This document shows, piece by piece, positions 42,077-52,778 of a DNA stretch of 64,000 nt. The notes under the pieces were generated by a model. The model had not been told where the DNA came from. It worked only from the letters and a program-made list of their open reading frames with translations, and searched no databases. The stretch spans positions 124,001 through 188,000 of the forward strand of contig SMSO01000033.1 of assembly GCA_004764695.1 (NCBI GenBank), written 5' to 3'. The position numbers and the translations under genes were made by a program. The DNA is from Schizochytrium sp. TIO01. Lineage: Eukaryota; Protista; Bigyra: Labyrinthulomycetes. Numbering within the stretch: position 1 is the stretch's first letter; every line of letters begins with the position of its first letter.

Positions 42077-45000
42077 TTATAGTACGTGCATGGCATTTAT
42101 GTATTGACCTTACCGTGAACGGTTTACAGACAGTCTGACTGGATGTTGCTGTTTGATTTGTGCCTTTTTGGCTGTTCACATGCTTCATCAATGATTATCT
42201 ATGCGTGGGGACTTAGGTCCTTTTTTACTGCGAGTATTGCATTTTGGCGGGATCATCGGCGAGATGCAACTATTCTATTGATTATCAATCAAAATCAAAT
42301 TTTACTCAATTGTTCTATAATTTACGCATCTTTCCACCCTTTCGTTGAACAACTTGAACAAACAAACGCCTGCAGAGTGTGTCTGGATTTGCTAGTTACT
42401 TTATAACTCATGAACGCGCTTATTACCTACGATATCATAATGAACTCCCAGTTCGCACTTTCTGCTTCAAAAACCTCTACTAAAAAGAAAGAAGGAAAAA
42501 AAGATCGGAGGCAGTATTAGCACCTTGGAATTTAGTCGAAGAGTACCTTTTTATACAGCGATTCTCCTCCTGGTGCTCACTTTTTTCACGACAATTGTGT
42601 AACGAGGTTCGAGTGACAGGATGGCTATATTTGGTTCGCCACTTCGTATGAGACTATGGCGCGAGTGATCACGCTGGTCAACGCTCAGGAACGTACACAC
42701 ACTAGCACCTAGCTTTCAACCTCCTCTGACCGACCTGCAATCTAATTCATTGGACAGGGATTCAATCGCAGCAATAAACATTCATCAAGTAGTGCCACTA
42801 GCACTTGAGTCAGAAGATGTCAGTTATCAATCCGAAGCACGTGCAGTTATGAGAGAAGTAGTATCTCAAGCGAAAAGAACTAAATGTGCACTCCCATCAT
42901 CAGCAAACCATAGCTCTTCTTCACACGGTGCTAAACTATAGTTAGAGGGTACTCCTCCCTACTCAATCCTAACATTAATGGAATTCAGAATTTAGAAATC
43001 TTCACAAACCCTTTCGAGGACAGCGATTCTCCTGAGCGAAGATGGCATCGAGCTGTCCAAAGCGTCCTCAGGGCAGGCGGAGACTGACTGACCCAGGCCC
43101 GAGAACAATCTGTTTCCCGCCCACTGCTTTGTTGGTTCGTTGTCGTCCTCGTTGTAAATTGGGGTTGCTTCACATTAATGGTATTCAGAGCGCAGCTTCG
43201 CGCTCAGCGTGCACACATATTTCGAAGGCCTCTTAGGTACTCTCCTGCAGGGACCCGCGCCTAGTACGCAGGCCTGAAGCCGCGCGTCTTAGCTCCTGCC
43301 GCCTCTGTTTCAGAATTGATCATCCGCGCATTTCAAATGTGTTTCACTTGCAGAGCGATTGACTTAGAGTTCAAAATTCGAAATTCGAAGAAAGTTTGTT
43401 TTTAGGAATCAAGATTTATTTTAATTGTTATTTCAAATAAAGAAAGAATAAATATTATTACTTTTATCGTTTAAAATCCAAATCGTCTGTCAAAAGATGA
43501 ACTGAAAGACTCGAACCCGGAAACCTGAGCTTGGCCCTAGCTATAACTTAGCACGAGGTCGTTGGCCTCCACGAGCCAGTTTTTGCGACAGTCTCTTGAA
43601 TCCTCGGGCAGAGTCCGAATCACCCTCATTCATCAGCGCTAGATCTAGATCTAGAGGAGGAAGCAACGAAAAGAAAACCCATACACCAGGTCGTTTAACC
43701 CGCCACCCCATTTCGTTCTCTCGCTTGTGAATTGAGAGTTAGTTTAAAAATTAATCGGTAGGAGCGACGGTCGAGTTTGAGTTCCCTCGCCCGCGTGCTC
43801 TCCTTCGCTTGGCTCGTTCCTTCTCTCCTCTTGCGGCGGCCCGGTCCCGAGCCCTGTTTTGGTTTCTACATGCCGCATTGATCTTGGTGTATTCGAACAA
43901 CCAAAGTCTCCATTGCGCAGAGATTCTACTGCTTTCTCATGAACGAAATCTTGCCAACTTCTGTTGTGAGCTTAGCAGCGCGTGAATCTTGGTCTCTTCG
44001 TCTCTATCTATGATGGATGATTGAATGCAGATTGACCAGCTCAGAGCAAGCGACCGAACAGCCCGCCAGTCAGTGAGCTGAGCGCGTGCAGAATGGCCAG
44101 GTATCGCAGGATGATCGGTTGAGAAGCTGCAAAATACCAGCTGCCACGAACGCCAAGTAACCAGGCTCAAAGCGCCACCGATCGACAGTAAGTGATTGTT
44201 ATGGCTTGAGGTTTACCAGAGCTAAAGGTTTAACTAAAAATCTGTGGTTATCTCTCTAGAGAGAGAATGGTCAATCGGAAATTCTTAGCTATGGGCACTG
44301 CACAGACTTTCATAGATGGATGGCAAAACACCTCCAGTGGCTGAGAAAGTTGAAGGCCGATGCACTTCAAGTTGAAGTTTGTAAAGCATTATAGAAAACT
44401 ACAACTTGAACTTTAGAAACTCGAGGCTCAAACGAGAGGATACATCTAACTACGTAGGTATCTTGTTTGATGGGTGGACAAGGATTGATTGTGCATGAAG
44501 CATCAACATGTGTCGACTCCTCACTCATGAAAATGATGCAATGGTATGATGATAGTCGTGCAAGTCCCGAGTATCGTGGTGGTGGGTGCAGGTAGCCAGG
44601 GTTGGCATGTGTTGCCAAATCGGAAAGATCATATGATACCATCCTTCTTGAATTTAGTAAATTTAGTTGGGGTGCTAGCGTTGATGAATAGATGATTCTA
44701 TGATGATAAGAAGCTGGACTTGCGCGGTTCATGATTTAGGAAAGAAAAATGCATTGCTGATGCTCAAATTCAATCGAAATAATGGTCACCAATGTCTCAC
44801 GCGTCAGCAACTCATAGATAACATCGTAAATATGGAGCCGCAACTAGGTTATTTAGAAAGCTTGGCTTTAGAGCACTCAAGGAAGATTTGATCCTTAGTA
44901 ATTTCAATTTGGATTTTTGCCAAAAGCAAAGGTGTAGTAATTAGCTAACTAGTGCAGTGATATTGCTACGACAATGAGGAGCGTGCACGTGCGAAGCTAC

Positions 45001-48000
45001 CTTCCAAAGCACTATACCATATATTGTGTTTCAAAATTTAGTTGCTTGTTGGTTCGCTTGTCGTGTGATCTAAAATATAGTCAAATATTGATTATTACAC
45101 CGACTCGGAAACAAGCAAAGATAGTGAGTACCATACCGACTAGGCCAGTTGCTCTGAGCTACTATGCTGTACGTGCCGCGACTGATTCTCTCAGATTGAT
45201 ATGTTCATTATTCTTTCTTCTGTGGTTCGGTTGTAGTTTAGTAGGGGCCTCGCAGCGCGTGAATCCTTTCCTTCCATCATTCTACAAGTAATGCTATCGA
45301 AGATATCCGAGTTCGAGTCGTATGCCTAGCTGGAAAATACGAGTTTGTCTTTGAGGTGCTGCTTTCCAGGTCGTCGACTGCCCCGCGAGCTCCACCACCA
45401 CTCAAAGAAGCTTCGATCTGCAGTGGAGGCGCCTCTCAGGGCTCTCTTTCCCAAGCGATCATAAAGAATCCTGCCGCTGCAAACCACTTCACTTGTGTAC
45501 TACAGACTACACCGCAGGAGCAATCCTCAAGTGGGTGCACAAGGTGCACATAACATTGATCGATCGTCACTCCGCTCACTGCGTTCGAACTTGAGGCCGA
45601 AAGCTGTTAAGAAATCATGGCTCTACCTCTCCCTCTCCAGCGAGCGAGCGGTCTTCGAGGTGTCTTTTCGTCATCGTCACACACGAATTCAATTACATTT
45701 AGAGCGTGACGACGCTTCTGTTCACCTTCACTCAGGTTCCCTCTCGCTCCACTACCTAGCTGCCACACATGGTTTAAAGTAGAACTTGCCCTCCAGCCCA
45801 AAGTTCCTCTTTCAATTCTTTTTTTTCTCAATTCTTTTTTTCGATTCTTCTTTTCGAAATTCTTTTTTTCAATTCTTTATTGAGCCTCTTTGAAGGCATT
45901 AAGCAGTTAGCTAGTGCCTACCTAGCATTACCAGCGGAGCAGTTCTTCCTCAGTTCCTCAGGGCGCGTTTATTCGTAGTCGGTCGTCAGTCAGGCAGTCA
46001 GTCAGTCAGTCAGTCATTCATTCATTCATTCATTCAGGATTCGACGTTCGTTCTTTGCTAGTGTCGCTACAGAGTCCTTAAGAGCTTTCCTCGCTCAAGC
46101 TGCTCTCTAGCCTACTTCCACGGCAGTAGTGTATTCTCCCTCTTTGGGTCTTCCCTTCCCTCTTTGCGTTTCCAATTGAGCGCGTGGATTCCTTTCTTTT
46201 CAGGTAAAAGCTGTCTTTTGATAGGCGAAATACACCGTGTCTGGTATGCTAAACCGGGAACCCTTTCAAGCGGCGGTGGGAACGGAGCGAAGTTGAAGCA
46301 AACCTCTAATTGCACAGAGCCCAAGTAGAAACCCTGTAGACAAGCTCTCTCTCACACACAGACAAAATGGGTCACGACGACGAACCTGGCTGCTGCTGCA
46401 AGTTCTGGTGCCCCCCGTGCACCGTCTGCTGCCATGATGGCTGCGGATGCTCTTGCTGTCTCGCCACCTTCTTGTGCTGCCTGTAAGTTTACATATGGAT
46501 TCATCAAAATAAGACGTACCCTTCACAGGATGCGTGAGATACCATGGTTTGAGGACGCCTCGCTTGGTGTCTCGGTGCGGAATGGTGTAGTCGCTAAATT
46601 CATCGCTGGCCTCACAAGCCGCAATTTCATCTGTAAGAACGTGATTCACTAACAAAATGCATATCCTGTCGATGTAAATATACCTGATTGGACAAATTGA
46701 TAAATACAGCTACACTATGTGCTGCTGGGAGCCCAAGCAAGAGCACCACGGTGCTCCGGAGATCCAGGACATGAAGCGCTAAGTCTGCTAATCTAAGCCA
46801 GCAAGCCAGTGTTATTATCTCCAAATCCTCTCCTGTGCCACAATACTCTCCTACTTGTATGCACAAGCAAACTCTCTACTTGTGTGCCATGAACCATATA
46901 AACCCACAGAGCATTAAAAAAAGGTGTTTTTGTTGTTTCATTTTTTGCCACTCTGGCATGACTTTTTTTGCCCCAACTTGTCTCTTTATCTGAGCCCTTA
47001 TCTTACACTCTTTGATTTACCCGAGGTAAGCTCAATGCCCTTTAAGACATCACAGTATTCATCTTGTCTTTTATCATAGTGCTCTCTGGTTTCCATCTAA
47101 CCTCATCGCAATAGCTGGCTTCTTCTTTTCACTCCCTACCCTTTGATATATCAGGGGTAACTACATGCACTTGAAGAATCACGGAATCATTCACGAAACA
47201 GCTTTCGGCAACAGAACACAACACCAGTCTACTTGAATTCCTCGCCTGTTCTACCGCTTGCACTGTAATTTGCAATGACGAGTAGTAATATTATTCCAAT
47301 GCAAAGTCTAACGGGACATGTTCCATCTGAATAGTTAGTTTCTGTGGTGGTATATTGAGCTTCAGGTTCTATAGAAGGCGGACTAAATAAAAGGTGAAAC
47401 CGTAATGTCCTGTTTGGTGCATTGAAGCAAGCTCCACGCGATTGACAATGCCACACGCCCAGTTTCGGCTAGCTAGTATTGAGATGGGGTGTTGATTTTG
47501 ATCCTGGTACGATGGATGTGTTGAGATGTGGCAACATGGCCAGGTCTGAAGTATTTGATAGCCTTGATAAGCAGACTTTCAGGCATTCGAAGATACTACT
47601 ATCCCATACATGGACTCAGCTCAATATTCTCCACTTCTTGGTATTTCTACAACAAGAGTGCCCCTTGTCACCTCTGGATTTGATTAAATTGCTTCGGTGT
47701 GCCATCCATATCATTTTTTTTAAACATCGAAGAAAACTAATAGATCGCTTGACTTTGTATCATCTTGACCACGCCTAAAACTTCAGCCTTTTCTCGTTGG
47801 TCAACGGCACCTAACCTCTTTTCTGGAACTGTTAGAAAACTTCCGACCGAAAGAATCGAAACCTTCAAGGCGGCTTGAGCGACTTGCCTTCCCAATCGTA
47901 TTACTTGGTGAAGCAATCTTCAAGAGCTCCAAAGTGACAAGTCTGTCTTTCTCAAAGTCACTTGTGACCACGTCGTCATCGACGATACATTCAATGTTTT

Positions 48001-49598
48001 CATATTTACTTTTTTTCTATTAAAAAAAGAGATTGGAGACACCCACTGATTTCCTCTTTCCACATTTCAAGTTTCAAACATTTCTGTGTATGTTTTGTGC
48101 TGCAGGAGCGAAGTAATTATGACAAAATATCTGCAGGTTGTCTTCTAGCTCAGCACCGACGGTGTGTGACCTTGATTGTTAAAAAAGCAGAAAATGAAAG
48201 AAATTGCTTGGTACACTCCTTTTGCCGCGAAACACCTGTGGAAGCAAGAGTCCTATTCTTGACTTCTCCCACCAAAAAAATCTTGAAGGTACACAGAAGC
48301 ACTTCGCAGCAGTCTCCCCCTTCATTCCAGAGACGAGCTAGAGCGAAGCCCCAGAACGATCGTTGGATTGCTTACGCCGAGAGTGTTTGCAACTCATATT
48401 GATGTTGCACCCTATTATATATCCTATTGCCTAGTACTATTATCCATTTTTCTTTCTCCCGCGGCTTTAAAAAACGAAACATATTTTTTTTATTTTTTTT
48501 CAAAAAAATAGAAAGAGTCAAAAAATCGCAAGAATCGAGAGAATCAAATGAAGTCTGCATTTCGAGCTCCAGAACCAACATCGGCGCTTCAGAGATAGCC
48601 AGCTCGCTCGCGGTGCTTTTCGTCCTGCTCAAAGCGGGAAGGTTGACTAAATGGGAAGCTCTGAAGATTTTGACTGTACACGGCGTAGGAAACAACATCT
48701 CTGGCGCTAGCAAAACCAGCGGCACGTGTGCGCTCGAGCGAGGGAGCCTTCTTCGCGCGTGCCCCCTGGGCTACCATTATCATTGCTGTTGCTTCTGCCG
48801 TTGCTGCCAACACGAAATCATCGTCCAAAGTGGCTCTTGCCAAAGTCTTCTCTAGAATCCTCACCATCATTCACGTTAAATAAAATTGAGATCTGATGCT
48901 GATTTATGCTATTTGATGCATTGATTCATGATCCCATTTGTCTAAGAAATGTTGATTTGCCACCCCAAAGTTTTCCAGATTCGATCCGATGCTCCATTCA
49001 CCCAGTTGCTTCAGGGCCCGTAAATATTTCGCGAACGAGCTTTGCACACCGACATTAATTGTAGCGCTTTGTTTCCCAAGTTCATCGTACTCTCAAGCCT
49101 CTGATTGAGAACGATGATCGCGGCATTGAATTCGCCGCTGACGAGCTCCAGATCCCTCGCCCGCACCCACTCTAAGATACCCCTAGGCTAAACACGATAG
49201 CCCATAATAATCAAGGTTCACTGATATAGTATTCGCTAAATAGCTGGGGGGTACCTTCAGCAGCGCGTGCACGGCGCGTTTCAAGCGCTAAACCTGAAGC
49301 GCCGAGGTCCTGCGCGAGGGAGTAAGATATACGAAGTGGCCTGCGGACTTTGATCAAACCGCACATCAAGGCGGGCAGGCCCGCGAGTCAAGGCTTCGCA
49401 AGCTGAAAAGGGACCTGCGTCACCTTAGCAAACCCGGGGAGCACCTCCTCGGGTAGATCCCAGATTTAACAATCTTGTGAACCTGAGAACACTCCTTCGC
49501 CCACGTTGGACAAAGTCTCGTCTCTTGCACGTGTAAGCTTTCTAAAGTGATCGCCACTCTAAGGTTATAGGTCGAAGTCCTTGAGGTGGCTTTGTACA

Positions 49599-51836
49599 AT
49601 GAACACCATGCGGCGGCTCTCAAAGCGGCTATCGGTAGTGCGTAAAGATGTGCTCAGCAATGATGTGATATCATTTCGCGGTGTCTCTATCAATGTGCTA
49701 CAAAACCTTTGCGATGCCCTTCTCAATGAGACTGCGGCACACGGGATCGAGCTTTATGTATGTGAAGAGGATCATGATCGTTTCCGGGTTGGAGATACTT
49801 TGCAGCTGGTCAGCGAGACTGCGAGTTCACCGTCGTTGCTTTCTTTTGTCACCGGCAAGGCTTGGGCAGGGCGTTGGCGCAATGCACAGGGCGAATCAGA
49901 GGATGTTGATTTTCTTGTGAGCAAGTTCAGGAGGAAAGAACGCCGTGAGTGGACTGTAGAGGACGTCAGCGTTTACATTTTGATGCCGCGTACAGAGCTT
50001 CGTCGCGAACGCTTTATTGACACGTTGAACAGAGATGCCCGCGGATCTGCCTTTGACGGCACCTTCGTATGCCAAGCTCACGGCAGTTCTTTTGCGGCGC
50101 TTGTACACGCCCTTGTTGCGCACTTTGAGAACAAGCAAATTCCAGATCGTCACCGTCATGTATGGCTTGATGTAATTAGTGCGAACCAGCACTTGCTGCA
50201 CAATGACAAATCCTCAGATAAATTGCAATTTCTCCTCGAATCCTCACTCCGCCGTGCGATTGATAAATTTGAAGACCGGGTCGTATTTATTGATCACTGG
50301 CATCACGCTCGTCCATTGAAGCGCACATGGTGCATTTGGGAAATGCATGTTATGCGTAGTCGTAGTGGGCCTGGAGCCTTTCATGTGATTGTACCACCCC
50401 AAGTCGAGGCTGATATCCCAGACATGCTTCTACGCGACTTTGACGAAATTCGGTGTGCTTATGAGCCCTTCGATGCCCGTGAAGCTGAAGCTATGAATGA
50501 TCGTGACCAGGACATGATCCAAGCGATTTTCCGCGATGTCCAAGGCGGATACATGGTGGTGAACAGTGGAGTTCTTGGTGTTCTTCGCCTAGCACTGCTT
50601 GAAGTAGTGACTCGTGCTGTGAAGACACGTGTGGAAAAAGAGCTTGGTACTGACTCTCTTGAATCTACAAGTTTACTTACACGACTCGGGATTCTTCTTA
50701 CCGAGGAACAGCTCTATGACCCTGCTATCGAGGCACTTCGCACATCGCTGAGCACCCTGCGAAAGACTTACGGATCTGAAGACCTTCGTGTGGCTCAGGT
50801 TCTTGGCTACATTGGGCACTCCCTTGCAGACCAAGGAAGTCCGAATGATGCATTCAAAGCTCTAAGCTGCTATGAAGAAGAACTCTCCATCTCCCGGAGA
50901 CTCCTGCCTGAAAACCATCCAGATATTGCCACAGTGCTTAACAATCTTGCTTGTCTTCTTGAGGATGTCCAACGATTCGATGAAGCATTGGCATATTATT
51001 TGGAGGCCTTAGACATTCGACGCCAACAACCAGACTCTGGTAGCTCTGAAGAGGAGGCAATTGTTCTTTTAAATATTGGCTCGTTGTATTATCAGAAGGG
51101 TCAGCTTGAAGAGGCCAAGCAATACACCGCAGAGGCTGTGGATATATTCAAGGCTATTGATGAGGGTCATGAGCGCTTACCTGAGGTTTACACTAATCTG
51201 GCCGTGATTCTTCATTCCCAAGGTGATGTCGATGCAGCTATGTCCACCTTACAAAGTGCAGAGGTCTCGGCCCCTGACGCTGACACGCAAGCCGATATCC
51301 AGCTTCTTATGGCCAACATTTTAGATGACGAGGGTAACTACGAGGAGGCATTGAAACTTTACGAGACAGCATATTCAACCCTTGCAGAAAAATATGGTGC
51401 ACGGCATACACGATGCGCAGATGTACTTAACTTTATTGGAGCTTTGTCCCAGGCACGTGGCAAGTTCAAGGATGCTCTTGTACGGTTTGAGGAGGCCCAT
51501 TCCATTCGCGCGGAACTGCTGGGAGAGCAACATCCTGAAACTGCTCAAGTACTCTTCAATATGGCACAGAGTCTTGAGAGTTTGGGACGTATCAACCCGG
51601 CTGTAGAAAAATCTCGTGCGGCCCTTGCAGCATTTAGGTCAGCGTATGGCTCGGAACATCCTGATACAGAAGACGCCAAACGTCAACTAGATCGTTTAGA
51701 GCGCATTGCTCGCGAGCTTGGCGATGATACTTCTGAGTTTGCGCAACCTATGGATATCAAAGGTCGGCTCTATCGTCCTCCTCCTGCTGGAGCACGCCGA
51801 TCTAAGCGCCAGCTTCTTGTACCTCTTCATAATTGA
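49599..51836 (+). CDS. HET-like N-terminal domain + tetratricopeptide repeat array (kinesin-light-chain/nephrocystin-3-type TPRs)
   Basis: First ATG at 49599 (the track start is TTG). TPRs include HPDIATVLNNLACLL...ALAYYLEALDIR and HPETAQVLFNMA. N-terminal motifs WLDVISANQH and PLKRTWCIWE. Confidence 0.85.
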   Translation: MNTMRRLSKRLSVVRKDVLSNDVISFRGVSINVLQNLCDALLNETAAHGIELYVCEEDHDRFRVGDTLQLVSETASSPSLLSFVTGKAWAGRWRNAQGESEDVDFLVSKFRRKERREWTVEDVSVYILMPRTELRRERFIDTLNRDARGSAFDGTFVCQAHGSSFAALVHALVAHFENKQIPDRHRHVWLDVISANQHLLHNDKSSDKLQFLLESSLRRAIDKFEDRVVFIDHWHHARPLKRTWCIWEMHVMRSRSGPGAFHVIVPPQVEADIPDMLLRDFDEIRCAYEPFDAREAEAMNDRDQDMIQAIFRDVQGGYMVVNSGVLGVLRLALLEVVTRAVKTRVEKELGTDSLESTSLLTRLGILLTEEQLYDPAIEALRTSLSTLRKTYGSEDLRVAQVLGYIGHSLADQGSPNDAFKALSCYEEELSISRRLLPENHPDIATVLNNLACLLEDVQRFDEALAYYLEALDIRRQQPDSGSSEEEAIVLLNIGSLYYQKGQLEEAKQYTAEAVDIFKAIDEGHERLPEVYTNLAVILHSQGDVDAAMSTLQSAEVSAPDADTQADIQLLMANILDDEGNYEEALKLYETAYSTLAEKYGARHTRCADVLNFIGALSQARGKFKDALVRFEEAHSIRAELLGEQHPETAQVLFNMAQSLESLGRINPAVEKSRAALAAFRSAYGSEHPDTEDAKRQLDRLERIARELGDDTSEFAQPMDIKGRLYRPPPAGARRSKRQLLVPLHN

Positions 51837-52778
51837 AAGCTTGTGGATACCTTTCTGTAAGTATCATTGACTCGTCTCTATGAGATCAGCTATTCACAAA
51901 CGGTGCAGAAGTACAAGCTGTCTGAATTACCATCAGCGCGTTGTTTAGACACAGCTTTGCTGTTGTCTCTCTTCATACGCACACACAAAGTTCCAAGCTT
52001 CGTTTATTTTCAATTGAAAATTTCGAAGCACTGTCTCCCTCATGAGTTGTTTTTTCTCCCCCTTTCCACTTCTTTTGGTCTGTTGATAATTACGTACGTA
52101 CGAACCTTATGTAGATAGGCTCTCGGCATGATCTTATAGAACACTTTTTTTCTTATTTCTCAAGCTCTACACATAAGCTTATCATGCATTTTGTTTTTAT
52201 ATGCTAATTACGCCCGTTTTCATGATGGCTATGCTCTCTATTATATGAATATCTTCTTGCAAACACCTAAGTATTGCCTGCTGTAATTAATCAGCCTACA
52301 CAGACAATTTTTCTCCTTCAATATGGTTTTGCTAAGATTCTGAATTCACACCAAACAAAACTACAATTTCATATGTTACAAGTCATAGGCAATTCCTATC
52401 TTTATTCCTTCGACTTGAATTAAAACTAAAGTCACAACAAACATTGATGTGGAACAGGCATAGGTTATTGTGAATCACAAATTCTGCGTAACAAATTTGA
52501 TTTTAGGAATCCTCCAATTGCACCCTCAGAAGGCATGGTCCTCCTCCCCCACTGCACCAGACTATTGAGAATCTATGCATCCACCGTATGGTGTCTTGGT
52601 GTTGCTTTACGCTGATTTCTTGCCCCCACGTAGTTTACAATTCGGGAAACGCAATTCGAAGTTTGTCTTTTCATTTCTTTCTAATTTCTTTTCTTTTCTT
52701 CTTTTCGTTCACTCATTCATTCATTTTGTTCACTCATTGGTCCATACCAATTCGGATTCCGTGGACCGTTCAAGCGCG

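Noticed and set aside
43500-43580. tRNA-like B-box on the minus strand (CCGGGTTCGAGTC)
   Set aside because: The T-stem does not close (followed by CTTTC), and no acceptor stem or cloverleaf can be built.
52575-52778. N-terminal 68 codons of the AAA ATPase ORF
   Set aside because: T-rich and (TTCA)n-like sequence typical of UTR or intron; the ATG at 52779 is the more plausible start.
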